From Malacoraja senta (Eukaryota): DNA of 64,000 nt. Location of the stretch: contig CM075998.1 of NCBI GenBank assembly GCA_038087875.1, forward strand, positions 2,356,001 through 2,420,000, in the 5' to 3' direction. Of the stretch, positions 37,615-49,213 are shown piece by piece. Position numbers and translations under genes: made by a program. The notes under the pieces are model-generated. The model was not told the origin of the DNA and did not search any database. It saw only the letters and a program-made list of their open reading frames with translations. Numbering within the stretch: the stretch's first letter is position 1; the number at the start of each line of letters is the position of its first letter.

Positions 37615-37877
37615 TGAAACGTCACCTATCCATGTTCTCCACAGATGCTGCCTGACCCGCTGAGTTACTCCAGCACTCTGTGAAACGTCACCTATCCATG
37701 TTCTCCACAGATGCTGCCTGACCCGCTGAGTTACTCCAGCACTCTGTGAAACGTCACCTATCCATGTTCTCCACAGATGCTGCCTGACCCACTGAGTTAC
37801 TCCAGCACTCTGTGAAACGTCACCTATCCACATTCTCCCCAGATGCTGCTTGACCCGCTGAGTTACTCCAGCACTTT
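37615..37877 (+). repeat. 4 x 66-bp tandem array of the Penelope-derived unit
   Basis: tgaaacgtcacctatcc... recurs at 37615, 37681, 37747, 37813. Confidence 0.93.
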
Positions 37878-38510
37878 ACCTCAACCTGAAATGTTTGTCT
37901 ATTTCTCACTACATGCACATGGCTGCCAATATTTAACTAAAATGAAGCGACTTACCATAGTGCATCCGGAGTAAACTCACAAGAAGTAGGACCACCTATG
38001 CATTCGGTTCTTGGGTTTATTTGGCGATGCTGAGACATACCAGAGAGAAACTTCTCTCATCCATCCCCGGTTTAATGGTCGGACTCCAATGCGGGCAGAA
38101 ATATACGAGTACGGATTCTAAATACTTGCAGTAGATTTCTATAGCTTTAATTGTAACGTGATTTTTCCAATGCTAGAGTTTATTTTGTCTCTGATTCGTG
38201 CTTGTGGCCACAATGTGTTATAAATTTGGTGTTCAGTTCCACAGGAGAGATTCCTGCCTTCTCTCTCCCTGCCCTGCTTGGGTCGTGAGTGAGTAACACC
38301 ACTAGAGGGCAGAGTTAAGCTAACAACCCAATCTTTTTCAAGAATCATGAAGGAGATAGCCCCTGTATAAGTATCATTGCTGTATCCATCAACACAGCCT
38401 AGAGTTTGTGAGGAATTATTAGCATCTTGAAATAGTTGGTAAGATGATGGGGGGGTTCAGCAGCATTGGCCATGGAGCGAGAGAGAGCAATGCAAAGCCT
38501 GTGGCAGAAT

Positions 38511-38795
38511 ATAATAGACAATAGGTGCAGGAGTAGACAATTAAGCCCTTCGAGCCAGCACCGCCATTCAATGTGATCATGGCTGATCATCCCCAATCAG
38601 TACCCCGTTCCTGCCTTCTCCCCATATCCCCTGACTCTGCTATTTTTAAGAGCCCTATCTAGATCTCTCTTGAAAGCATCCAGAGAACCTGCCTCCACCG
38701 CCCTCTGAGGCAGAGAATTCCACAGAGCCACTCTCTGTGAGAAAAAGTGTTTCCTCGTCTCCGTTCTAAATGGCTTACTCCTTATTCTTAAACTA
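38511..38795 (-). mobile_element. CR1 (HER1-like) 3' fragment
   Basis: Reverse complement of the same subfamily tail as 39030-39556. Confidence 0.85.
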
Positions 38796-39029
38796 TTGGT
38801 TTAGTTGTTCAGGTCGTGGGTTTGCAATCCAAAAACCTGGCCCAAGTTCAGATCCCACCACGGCACGTGAGAATTAACATTTTAATTCAATATTTTTCTT
38901 GATGTGAACAAAAACATAGTTTTATGATCACTGCTTTTAAGACTAACAGATTGTTATTAGGGCCCCAAATTAGAAAGGTGAACTGCAGTTTTGCTAGAAA
39001 TTGGACGTATATCCAGAAACAAGTTGGGA

Positions 39030-39556
39030 AAAGGGAAGTACAAATGGGATCTGGGGGTCCTTGTTCATCAGTCTATGAAAGTACACATGCAGGTACAGCA
39101 GGCAGTGAAGAGAGCGAATGGCATGTTGGTCTTTATAACAAGAGGAGTTGAGTATAGGAGCAAAGAGGTCCTTCTGCAGTTGTACAGAGCCCTAGTGGAA
39201 ACACACCTGGAGTATTGTGTGCAGTTTTGGTCCCCTAATTTCAGGAAGGACATTCTTGCTATTGAGGGAGTGCAGCGTAGGTTTACAAGGTTAATTCCCG
39301 GGATGGCGGGACTGTCATATGCTGAGAGAATGAAGCGGCTGGGATTGTACACTCTGGAATTTAGAAGGATGAGAGGTTCTCTGGATGCTTTCAAGAGAGA
39401 GCTAGATAGGGCTCTTAAAAATAGTGGAGTCAGGGGATATGGGGAGAAGGCAGGAACGGGGTACTGATTGGGGATGATCAGCCATGATCACATTAAATGG
39501 CGGTGCTGGCTCGAAGGGCCAAATGGCCTACTCCTGCACCTATTGTCTATTGTCTA
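39030..39556 (+). mobile_element. CR1 (HER1-like) 3' fragment with internal deletion
   Basis: DLGVLVHQSMKV...HLEYCVQFWSP...FRRMRG|SLDAFKRELD...GYGEKAGTGY. Confidence 0.9.
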
Positions 39557-40220
39557 AAATGCTGGAAAATACCCAGCAGGTCAGGCAGCATCGGTGGAGA
39601 GAGATGCAGAGATACTATTACGGGTTGGAGACCCTTTGAGTGTTTCCATCACTTTTATCTTGGTTCACTCTTGTCTTTTTGTCATCAAATTTTGCCACGA
39701 TTGATGGTTCTGACCTCTGGCTGCTAGTCTGGTCACAACACCCTGTTTTAAACATCTCTGCATCAATATACATTTATGTATTGTTGGAAGCAATGTTCCC
39801 AGTGTGAAGTGAATTGCAGGCCGTCTGTTTCCATTTATGCTCGTCAGTTGTCCTGTTCCACGTAGTTATGGAGTCATACAGTGTGGAAACAGGCCCTTCG
39901 GCGCAACTTGCCCATGCCAACCAAGATGCCCCATCTACGCTAGTCCCACCTCCCTGTGTTTGGCCCATATCCCTCTAACCCTGTCCTATCCACAAACCTG
40001 TCTTTTAATGTTGTATAGTCCCCGCCGCAAGTACTCTAACAGTTCCTTCCCTGTACCCACCACCTTCTGAGTGAAATGTGGCCCCTCGGGTTCCTATTAC
40101 ATCTTCCCCCACTCACCTCAAACCTGTGTCCCCTGGTTCTTGGTTCCCCTACCCTGGCTCAATCTGATCCATTGGGCCTTGTTGGTGTTTTATGAATACT
40201 AAGTAAGAATTATAAATAAA

Positions 40221-40501
40221 TTAGAATAAAGGGGAGGTAATTTAAGACTGTGAGAAAAAAACGTTTTCACCCACAGAGTTGTGAATTTGTGGAATTCCCT
40301 GCCACAGAGGCAGTGGAGTCCAAGTCACTGGATGGATTTAAGAGAGAGTTAGATAGAGCTCTAGGGGCTAGTGGAGTCCAGGGATATGGGGAGAAGGCAG
40401 GCACGGGTATTGATTGGGGACGATCAGCCATGATCACAATGAATGGCGGTGCTGGCTCGAAGGGCCGAATGGCCTCCTCCTGCACTATTTTCTATGTTTC
40501 T
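40221..40501 (+). mobile_element. CR1 (HER1-like) 3' fragment
   Basis: Near-identical to the 3' part of 7445-7832. Confidence 0.88.
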
Positions 40502-41916
40502 AAGTAGCTACCAGCAAGGAATTTTCAGCAGGCATGGTTTAAAATGCTAAGATTGGTGTCACAAAGCATAAAATGTATCACCTCTTCCTTTCCCACCATC
40601 TAGTGGACTAAACAATTCTCCCATGGTTGGTGCATACTCAGAGGGATGAAGGGCCTATTTCCATGCTGTCCCTCTGTGACTCGGGTGGAGATGAGGATGG
40701 GGTAAGAGTGGGGGGAGCAATAGAGGGGGCAGAGAAAATGTGAATGGTGGACCATGTGAAGGGAGGGGAAGAGTGCAGCAGAAATGAAGGAAGGAGAGTG
40801 AAGGGGTAGAGAGAGAAAGACGTGTGTCTACGCCTCTCTCCTCTCGCTCAGATCACGGGAACCTCCCTTAATCTGGAGAGCCCTCTGTCACGGGGTCTGT
40901 TGCAGGCACCGGGATAGATGTGCTGCAGAATGACAGTGACCACTGTCAGAATCATCAGAGCTGAGCACTGGCGGAGGGCCACAGCAGAGGCTTGGCAAGG
41001 CCGAGGGTGGCCATTGTCTCCCGCCATGAGCACCAGATGCTGCCTGGGCTCTCTGGGGTTACTGGCTGCTGTTTCCTGTTTTCACACGCTGCACTGGGAC
41101 AGGCAGCCGTGGATTAGCCAGGGCTGGAAACTAGTGTGGAAAGAGTGATTTGAAGTATCGGAATCATTTTGGATTCAATTCAGTCTTTCGGAATAATATT
41201 TTTATTAAGATCCTCTTTGCCCTCAGAAGAGCGGGTCATTTACTGTAAAGGGCTGAGAGTCCTGGAAGCCAAACTCTTCAGCTGTGTTTAAGTGTGATTG
41301 TGGAGAATTTTACAACACTGCGTATATTTTTTAAAAAGAAATTAACTCTTTTTATGCTACACTTCAACTTGGTCTGTGCATGCGAATTTTGAACGTTGTA
41401 CTTGTATCTGTGAGCTCATTGCAGGCTTTGTGAATTTTTTTATTTCCCAAACGGTTTAATTCACCACTTGGGGCCACAGATTAGTGACGGCGTGATGGGA
41501 ACAGAGTGGACGGTTTCTGGCTCTTTGCTCTCTCTGAAATAGCCCCGCTGAGAATCCTCCTTCCACTCAACAGGTCCATGATGGTCAGAGATTGATTCAT
41601 AAATTGGGCCCGATGTTAAGGGACAACACTTGCACAATCGAGGCACTTGGCAGCAAAATAACCCTGGACCCCAATTCCCAGTCCCATCCACGTAACCTCA
41701 ACTCCTGATCACAACTGTGATGGAGCAACTCATAAATAGGTTCCCGATTATACCCAGGGGATTTCTGTCGGTGGTCAACCTTGGTTCGGCTGATGAGGTT
41801 AAAGAAGGTTTGAAGAGAAGTCGCGGCTCTTTTGGCAGGAAAAGGCAAGGAAATTTGGTCCTTTTGTCAAAACTTTCTCTCCGTAATAACTCCCTCCTAT
41901 ACCCCTCTGTGTGGGT

Positions 41917-42197
41917 CTCTCTCTCTCACACTCTCACACTCCGCACTCTCACTCTCACCTCTCTCTCTTGCACTCTCGCACTCTGCTCTCTTGCACTCTC
42001 TCGCACTCACTCTCGCTCTCTCGCACTCTTGCTCTCTTGTACTCGCACTCTCCCTCTCTCGCACTCTCCTCTCTCGCACTCTCTCGCACTCTCTCTCACA
42101 CTCTCTCTCTCACGCTCTCTCGCACTCTCTCGCTCTCTCGCACTCTCGCACTCTCTCTCACACTCTCTCTCTCTCTCTCTCCCCCACTCTCGCTCCT
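41917..42197 (+). repeat. (CT)n/(CTCGCA)n compound microsatellite
   Basis: Direct inspection. Confidence 0.92.
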
Positions 42198-45100
42198 CCT
42201 CAGCTGTTTGGGACCCCAAGCTCTAAAGCTCCCTCCAAACACCTCTCTGCCATTCTCTCTCCTGAGCCTTCTCAGGAGCCCCCTCTGCCTCTCTTCCCTC
42301 ATTCAGGAACCTTTTTAAGCCCAAATCAGTGACTGAGCCTTTGGCTGCTGCCCTCGTCCTCAGTCTGGCTTGGTAGCAAACATCTGTCTGATAATTGTAC
42401 CATGTAAACATGAGTGACTCTTCCAGGACTGTGAGAGGCGAGAACAGATTCCCAGTCACCCAGTGGCCAGACAGATCATTTAAAAAAAAACGTTTAACTT
42501 CTAATCTTCTGGAATAAAATGAATTACAAACTCAAGAGCTGCAGGTATTAGGTCGACTGTAGATTTTGTGTGACCCGGTCCTTAAAAGGAGAGGTCAAAC
42601 CACTTTCCCATTGTCTCACAAATGTTAATCTGAATTACTAACCGCTCTGAATTTTAGCCTGCGTCGACCAACAAGAATGAATGTTGCAGTTAAACTTATT
42701 AAGTATTCTTTTGGCCGGGTGCCCATTTTAATGGTCTCTGTGTTAAGAATTTGTGAATCACTCCCCAGTCGGACTTTAACTCCATCGTACATGAGTTATG
42801 ATTGATGCTTTTGAGTATTGGTGTGGAACGGTTTTGTGAAATGTTATACACTTTAATAAACCGCATACTGCGCCCACTTCATCAAGGCCCACACTGTTTC
42901 ACAGGGAGAGCTTGATGTGCTGGCTGTAATGCTTTTTCTTCCTTAATGAAGATTAAGGATGTTAATGGTTTTCTCTTTAAGTTGAGCATTGTTACCTTGT
43001 CTCTCCAACAGCGACAGCGTAAGTGATGGCTTGGATTAAACATTTATTTCACTTGTTTAAATAAGATCTTGGATGGTTGTTTTTTTTTTCTTTTAAATAA
43101 CGTGTTTTGGAGCCAAAGTTGACAATGGCGGGCTGACCTTCCAAAGTGTTGCCAAGGAGACGACAGGTTATCGCTGAACACTGAGAGCTGGAGGTGAGGC
43201 TTCTGCAGACAGAGATCAGCTTTCACAAGACAGCCTGCCTGGCTCTTGCTCCCCACCCCTTCTGTCTACACCCAGCCCCTCTGGCTTGCCAACATGAAGA
43301 CCATTCATCCATGCTTAACACCGACCCAACTTCCCATCCCACTGATACCATGGCTCAGGCCGAACCAAGGGTCTGTAAATCTGTCGTGCCATGATATGTG
43401 GCTGTCATAAGTTCATAAATGATAGGAGCAGAATTAGGCCATTTTGCTCTTCAAGTCTACTCAGCCATTCAATCATGGCTATCCATCTTAACCCCATTCT
43501 CCTGCCTTCTCCCCATAACCCCTGATACCCGTACTAATCAAGAATCTATCTATCTCTGCCTTCAATATATCCATTGACTTGGCCTCCACAACGTTCTGTC
43601 CTGCTTCTGAGTCAGAGGGTTGTGAGTTCAAGGCCTCAGCACTGGTCTACCTCAATGGGGGCTGACTCCAATACTGAGGAAATCCGTGCCATCAGACGTT
43701 AAACCTTCTGCTCTCCTGGGAGGATGTGAAGAAAATCTCATAGACCTCTACCCACAGTCCTAGCCATCATTCAAAAGTCAAGAGTACATCATCTAGTTAT
43801 CACATTGCTGTCTGTGGAAAGTTTTGTACACGTTACTTGTATGTCTTCTACCTTGCAGCAATGACTATGTCTCAGAGGTACGTAGGTGGCTAGAAAGGGC
43901 TTAGGGCATAGAAATGCAAAGTCCTCTTTACTACGTTGCCCTGCGGTTAGTTTTCAGAGCATTAGAAAACAGGTCAGGAGTAAACACATGGCCTCTCAAA
44001 CCTGCCCTGCTGTTCAATACGACCATGAGTGAATATCTAAAAACTGCAGATGCTGGTAATCTGAAACAAAAACAGGAAATACTAGAAAGACTCAGCAGGT
44101 CAGGCAGAAACGATCAATGTTTCGATGAAGCCTTGCAGCCACTCTTCTGTGCCAATGAATTCCACAGATTCACCACCCTCTGGGCTAAAGAAATTCCTCC
44201 TCATCTCCTTTCTAAAGGTATGTTTGTTTATTCTGAGGCTGTGCCCTCTGGTCCTATAAATACTGACACACTCCCCAGGGACGCCCTGTAAATATTGACA
44301 CACTCCCTGGGGACGCCCTGGGAATACTAGTAAGGGGAACGGACTGAATGGCCTGTTTCTGCAGTGTTTAGTGCTTTGTGAATCTAAGTGGAATGGGCGC
44401 ATAAATTGAACTCTGCGGTGATTGCAAGAGAGCCTCAGATAAGGTTTCCGGAAGTGACTGCAAATGATTTCATGCTGTTTGCAATTGTGACGAGAAATGA
44501 CACTCTAAACATTTCAAGACTTGTCCACCTCCAGTGACTGAGTGGACCAGACCACGTAACAGTACTGTTTTGTTTAAACGTTCCAAATGTTGAAGGTGTA
44601 CAGGCGATGACTTGTAAAACTGTTCTGTTGAAGCTAAAAGATTTTAAGATCCAGTTTTGTTTTAAGTGGCCAATAAAAGCCTCCTTGTTCATGCATACCA
44701 TGTGCTTTTGGCAATCTGGCCCGACCAAATGAGATTTGTATGTTAAACCGCTCCACGGCACATGATTTAACAGCTAATAAAGGGGAGAGAAAGTATTTTA
44801 ATGTCCACGGTGGTCAAGTGCTTCTGATGCAAAGGGTAAAGTTTCTTTCAAAAATATATCAGATTATGAAATGCTTTCTTTAGAATAAAAAGATTTTGAG
44901 GAATGTCATTGGAGAGATCAGGATTATGAAAGATTGAACTCAGGAAATATTTGTTAAGACTTCAGATACCAAGGAATAAGGGAGAGATGAGAGAAAAAAT
45001 AAATCCAAGAAAGAATTCTAGAGAACAGCAGTTCAAATACAAATTCCAATGAAACGTTGGAATGGTTCGCAGGTTATGAAAGGTAATTGAATTGAATCTC

Positions 45101-45321
45101 GAACCCTGTGTCTCTCTCTGCAGATGCTGTCTGACCTGCTGAGTATTTCCATAGGAACTTAAGCAATAGAAGTTGGGTGTCCCATTCAGCCAATATGATT
45201 GTGCCTGATCTTTACCTTTCATCTCCTTTCCTGCCTTCTGATCTCCTGCTCCACAAGAGGGCACCCAGGGTTTATGGTAAAAGTAGAATACAAAGTGCTG
45301 GAGTAACTCAGCGGGTCAGGC

Positions 45322-45968
45322 AGTTTAGTTTATTGTCACGAGTACCGAGGTACAGTAAAAGCTTTTGTTACATGCTACCCAGTCAGCAGAAAGACAATAC
45401 ATGATTACATTCGAGTTATTACAGTGTATAGATACATGATAAGGGAATAACGTTTAGTGCAAGGTAAAGCCAGCAAAGTCCAATCAAGAATAGTCCAAGG
45501 GTCACCAATGAGGTAGATCATAGTTCAGCACTGCTCTCTGGTTGTGGTCGATGATTCAGTTGCGTGATAACAGCTGGGAAGAAACTGTCACTGAATCTGG
45601 AAATGTGTGTTTTCACACTTTCTATACCTTTTGCCTGATGGTTTGTGTGATGCTCTGGGCTGCGTCCACAATTTGTTGCATTTTCTTGTCTTGGATGGAG
45701 CTGTTCCCAAACCAAGCTGCGATGCATCCCGATAAAATGCTTTCTATGGTGCATCTGTAGAAGTTGGTGAGCGTTGTAGGGGACATGCCAAACTTCCTTA
45801 AGCCTTCGAAGGAAGTAGAGGCGTTGGTGTGCTTTCTTGGCCGTTGCTTCAATATGGGTGGTCCATGAGAAGTTGTTGGTGATATTGATTCCTTGGAACT
45901 TGAGGTTTTCAACTATCTCTACTTCGACACCGCCAATGCAAACTGGGGTGTGGTTGTACCTCTTCGCT
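45322..45968 (-). mobile_element. Rex1/Babar-type LINE 3' fragment
   Basis: KKAHQRLYFLRRL / KFGMSPTTLTNFYRCTIESILSGCIAAWFGN in two frames. Confidence 0.85.
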
Positions 45969-47249
45969 TCGTGTAGACAGATGGGTGGATTTTTTTTTAA
46001 TACGAAAAGAATTAGAGGGTAAGGGGGCAACTGTAGAAAGGTGTCCTTGAGCGAAAATGTCAGCCGCAAGTGGCTCCATTCCTGCTTGTATTTCTTACTT
46101 TTCTAGGCCTGGCTTTTAAAGGAGGAAGGGATGGCTCCTGGGAGGATGATGCCTTGGGGAATGGTGCGTTAGGAGATGACATCAGTACAGCACGGCTCCA
46201 AAGCCATGAATGCAAACAAAACGGACCACCTCACCACCAGAACCAAAGGATAAAGCATTGAAGAAGTGTCAAGTGAGACTAGCCTTGTACTGTGATGGAT
46301 ATTCCCTGTTCAGGACCAGGCCACGCTAGTGCACAACATTCATGGCGACAGATTTAAGGTACGATGTGCTCAAAGTTTGGAAAGAACAAAAGGGGAAAGT
46401 TCAGCACTTGATATGATCACAATGCACAGTGCTTTGGCAGCATGCCAACAAAATAGCATCTTGTTCCCATTGAGTGGAGTGCTGTGTGCGATTGTACTCG
46501 CCGAGCCTCAGACAGCATTAACTGATCTGTGCGTCATCCATGGGGTTGAAACTGCCTGTCTGTCCTGGGAATGCGCCACAATCTCAGTCATTAAAACTGT
46601 AACATCCCTGGTCTTCTGGTTGGGATTCAGATGTTCATGGGTAATGATTAAGATGAAGATGCTTTTAATGCCAGCAATCGCAATCCCTTCCACTGATAGC
46701 TTCATTCAGCCACCGACATGTTTAGCTTTGCCCACAGAATGCCCTTCACCCCATCTAGTTTTACAGGCTAGTAACCCGCCTCCCTTTAAATTTCCAGCGC
46801 CCGACTGTGTTTTAAGTGATTCTGCCAGTGTATTGTTTTTATAATGTGAGATTATGAAATTATGGCAGTAAGAGGGACCTGTTTGAACGGGAAAACGCTA
46901 AATTAGCATGCATGTTCAGCAAGTAATTTGGAAGGCAAATGGGAATGCAGGAGGAGGGTCTGAAGTAGGGAGGCAGGGGATTCTTGCTGCACCCGCACCT
47001 GGAGAACTGCCGAGTCCGGATTTCTTCGTATCACGAGGGAAGATATTTGCATTGGAGGCACTGCAAGTAATGTTTGCCAGATGAAATAATAATATTGATT
47101 CGCGGGACAGCACTCCCGGAGAAACGGACTACTGGAGCATTCGATGGAGCGATGCAGCATCCTTCGCTCCATAGATGCTGCTGCACCCGCTGAGTTTCTC
47201 CAGCCTTCGGTTTCCAGCATCTGCAGTTCCTTCTTAACGACTAGAGCGT

Positions 47250-47922
47250 TCGCCTGGTTTCTATTTGAGCACGTGTCGCAGCCACAACTGGTACCACCAC
47301 TGGGCTACTTCTTCGCACATCTGTTGCAAGTTCTGCAAGACATATGCTGGAACAGCATGACCAACGTTTGTCCAGTTATGATGAACTTCCCAGCGCTCCC
47401 TCCGCACTCCATGTTAAACATTTGCTGTGAGTGATACTACTGTCTGCACCGATTGGAGCTGTCTGCCTCCCCCCCCCCCCCCCCCCCCCAGTTTAAGTAA
47501 TTGTTTGCAGGTTACAGTTTGCCCCAAGAGAAGGAAGGAGAGAGAGAAAAATGCTATTGAGTTTAAATACTCGCAGCATGCCGTCATCTTTTGTTCTTTG
47601 AAAACCCAATTTGATTGATCGGCGTGTTATGAAATCTGAAGTGCAGTCCAATAAGTGCAGCTGAAGTTTTAGTCCGAGCCAGTGCCCGAGTGAGATGAGA
47701 CTGGCTCCTTGCGAGCACTATTGACATCTGTTTGTGAGGCAGGGAACAGCAACATCTGTACCCCCCCCCCCATCCTCCACATCTGGCAAGCCCGCTTCTG
47801 CTGCGATGGTGTTCAACGCGGAGGCGGTGCTTAGACTGAAGTCAACTGGGCTCGGTCTCTCTCAGTGAGAGGGGGGCGGTAAAAGCCATCTCTCGACCCG
47901 GCAACCCGCAGGAGAGAGCTGC
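47250..47922 (+). promoter_or_regulatory. putative promoter/5'UTR of the tns2-like exon
   Basis: Raised CpG content, GC box (GGGGCGG near 47873), no recognisable TE, directly upstream of the ATG. Confidence 0.4.
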
Positions 47923-48021
47923 ATGGGCTGTTCTATAAGCCTCGATTGCTGCGGGAAGGAGCTTTGCGGAACCCCAGATGAACCCACGAAAAAGAAAGAA
48001 GAGAAAATGAGGCTTACAAAG
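47923..48021 (+). CDS. tns2: probable first coding exon of tensin-2 (MGCSISLDCCGKELCGTPDEPTKKKEEKMRLTK)
   Basis: Open 33-codon frame from ATG to a phase-0 donor AAG|GTACTT, in a CpG-enriched TE-free stretch. Resembles recalled long tensin N-termini (TNS1 MGCTVSLVCC; teleost Tns2 MGC...EKMRLxK). TNS2 and PA2G4 are both on human 12q13. The downstream C1-domain exon was not seen in the window. Confidence 0.68.
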
Positions 48022-48667
48022 GTACTTCAGACCATCCGCTGTCAGTGTGTGTGTGTGTGTGCATTGGAAGAGTGTGTGAGCGCTATGTACATTGTGTGAC
48101 AATTGCTATCGTAAGTAGCGGGGCAGTTCAGATATGTAGCCTGCCCGACACAATTGAGCTCTTTAGTTTCTGTTGACTTTGTCAGACTTGTTTTTGTTTC
48201 ATTTCTTTGCGAGAATGTGCACGCTGTTGTTTTTGCTGTTTTACTCAGTGCGAGGAGTTTGGGGCCAAAGTTCAAGTAACTGAAATTGTTTGTTTTCCTT
48301 CTTCTGCAAAGCACGAGTTGTTAATGTTTTATTTCCGAGAATTTGCAACACACGATTTAAAGAAAAAACATCACGGAACAGAAAGTGACAGGAAAGGGAT
48401 TAGAGCCAGTTTGGGAGTAGTCTGGGACAGTTTATAAAAGGCACATTGCCTGGGTAAATAAATCTAAAACATCTCCTGCCGTTTATTTGGATGAAGCCGG
48501 GTGTGTTGCGATGATTGTCACATGCGAACCACGGCGCACGTCATTGTATTCAACGCTTGGCAACACTTTTTTTTTGTTTTGGCTTGCGGATGGGCGAGTG
48601 AGGGGAGGCGCCCATTTGTGGGACCAGCAGAATGGTTGGACTTGGACAATCCCGCCTAAACCTACTT

Positions 48668-49213
48668 GATCTCCCGGTTGCTAAACACTTTAACCCCCCC
48701 CCCCCCCCCCTCCCATTCCCACACTGACCTTTCTGCTCTGGGCCGCCTCTACTGTCAGAGTGAGGCCCAGTGCAAATTGGAGAAACACCACCTCATATTT
48801 CGCTTGGGTCGCTTACATCTCAGCGATATGAAATATTTGACCTTCTCTAAACTTCTTACATCTCAGCGATATGAATATTGACTTCTCTAACTTCAGGTCC
48901 CTTGCTTTCCTTCTCTCTCCATCCCCTCCTCCTTCCTAGTTCTCCCACCAGTCCGACTATCCCCATAATTACATTTTACCTTTCTGTGCTTGGTTGTTAA
49001 CTTCCCCGAGCTAACACTGATCTATTCTATATTTCCTTTGAAATTCATTCCCTTTGATGGTTCGTTTTCAAACTTACACTTCCTTATCTCTGTGTCTTGC
49101 TCTCCCCTGACTCTCAGTCTGAAGAAGGGTCTCGACCAGAAACGTCACCCATCCCTTCTCTCCAGAGATGCTGCCTGTCCTGCTGAGTTACTCCATTTTT
49201 TTGTGTCTATCTT
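48668..49213 (+). mobile_element. Penelope-like element 3' end (GIY-YIG C-terminus, UTR, hammerhead-like core)
   Basis: DLPVAKHFN..SHSHTDLS.LG...CKLEKHHLIFRLG...MNIDFSNF, then CTGAAGAAGGGTCTCGACCAGAAACGTC at 49119. Confidence 0.85.

Noticed and set aside
37615-37877. 4 x 66-bp array as a CRISPR array or multimeric retrozyme
   Set aside because: No unique spacers and the context is eukaryotic; the units have GAAACGTC but lack CTGANGA and stem II, so there is no complete hammerhead per unit.
40850-41148. GC-richer stretch after a pyrimidine tract + AG as a coding exon
   Set aside because: The frames checked hit stop codons, and no protein similarity or clear donor was recognised.
41717-42332. 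Several long SL/RE-rich ORFs
   Set aside because: Translation of the (CT)/(CTCGCA) microsatellite.
44257-44320. Short tandem duplications (32 bp x2 here; ~17 bp near 10210; ~27 bp near 20596)
   Set aside because: Ordinary slippage repeats with no further structure.
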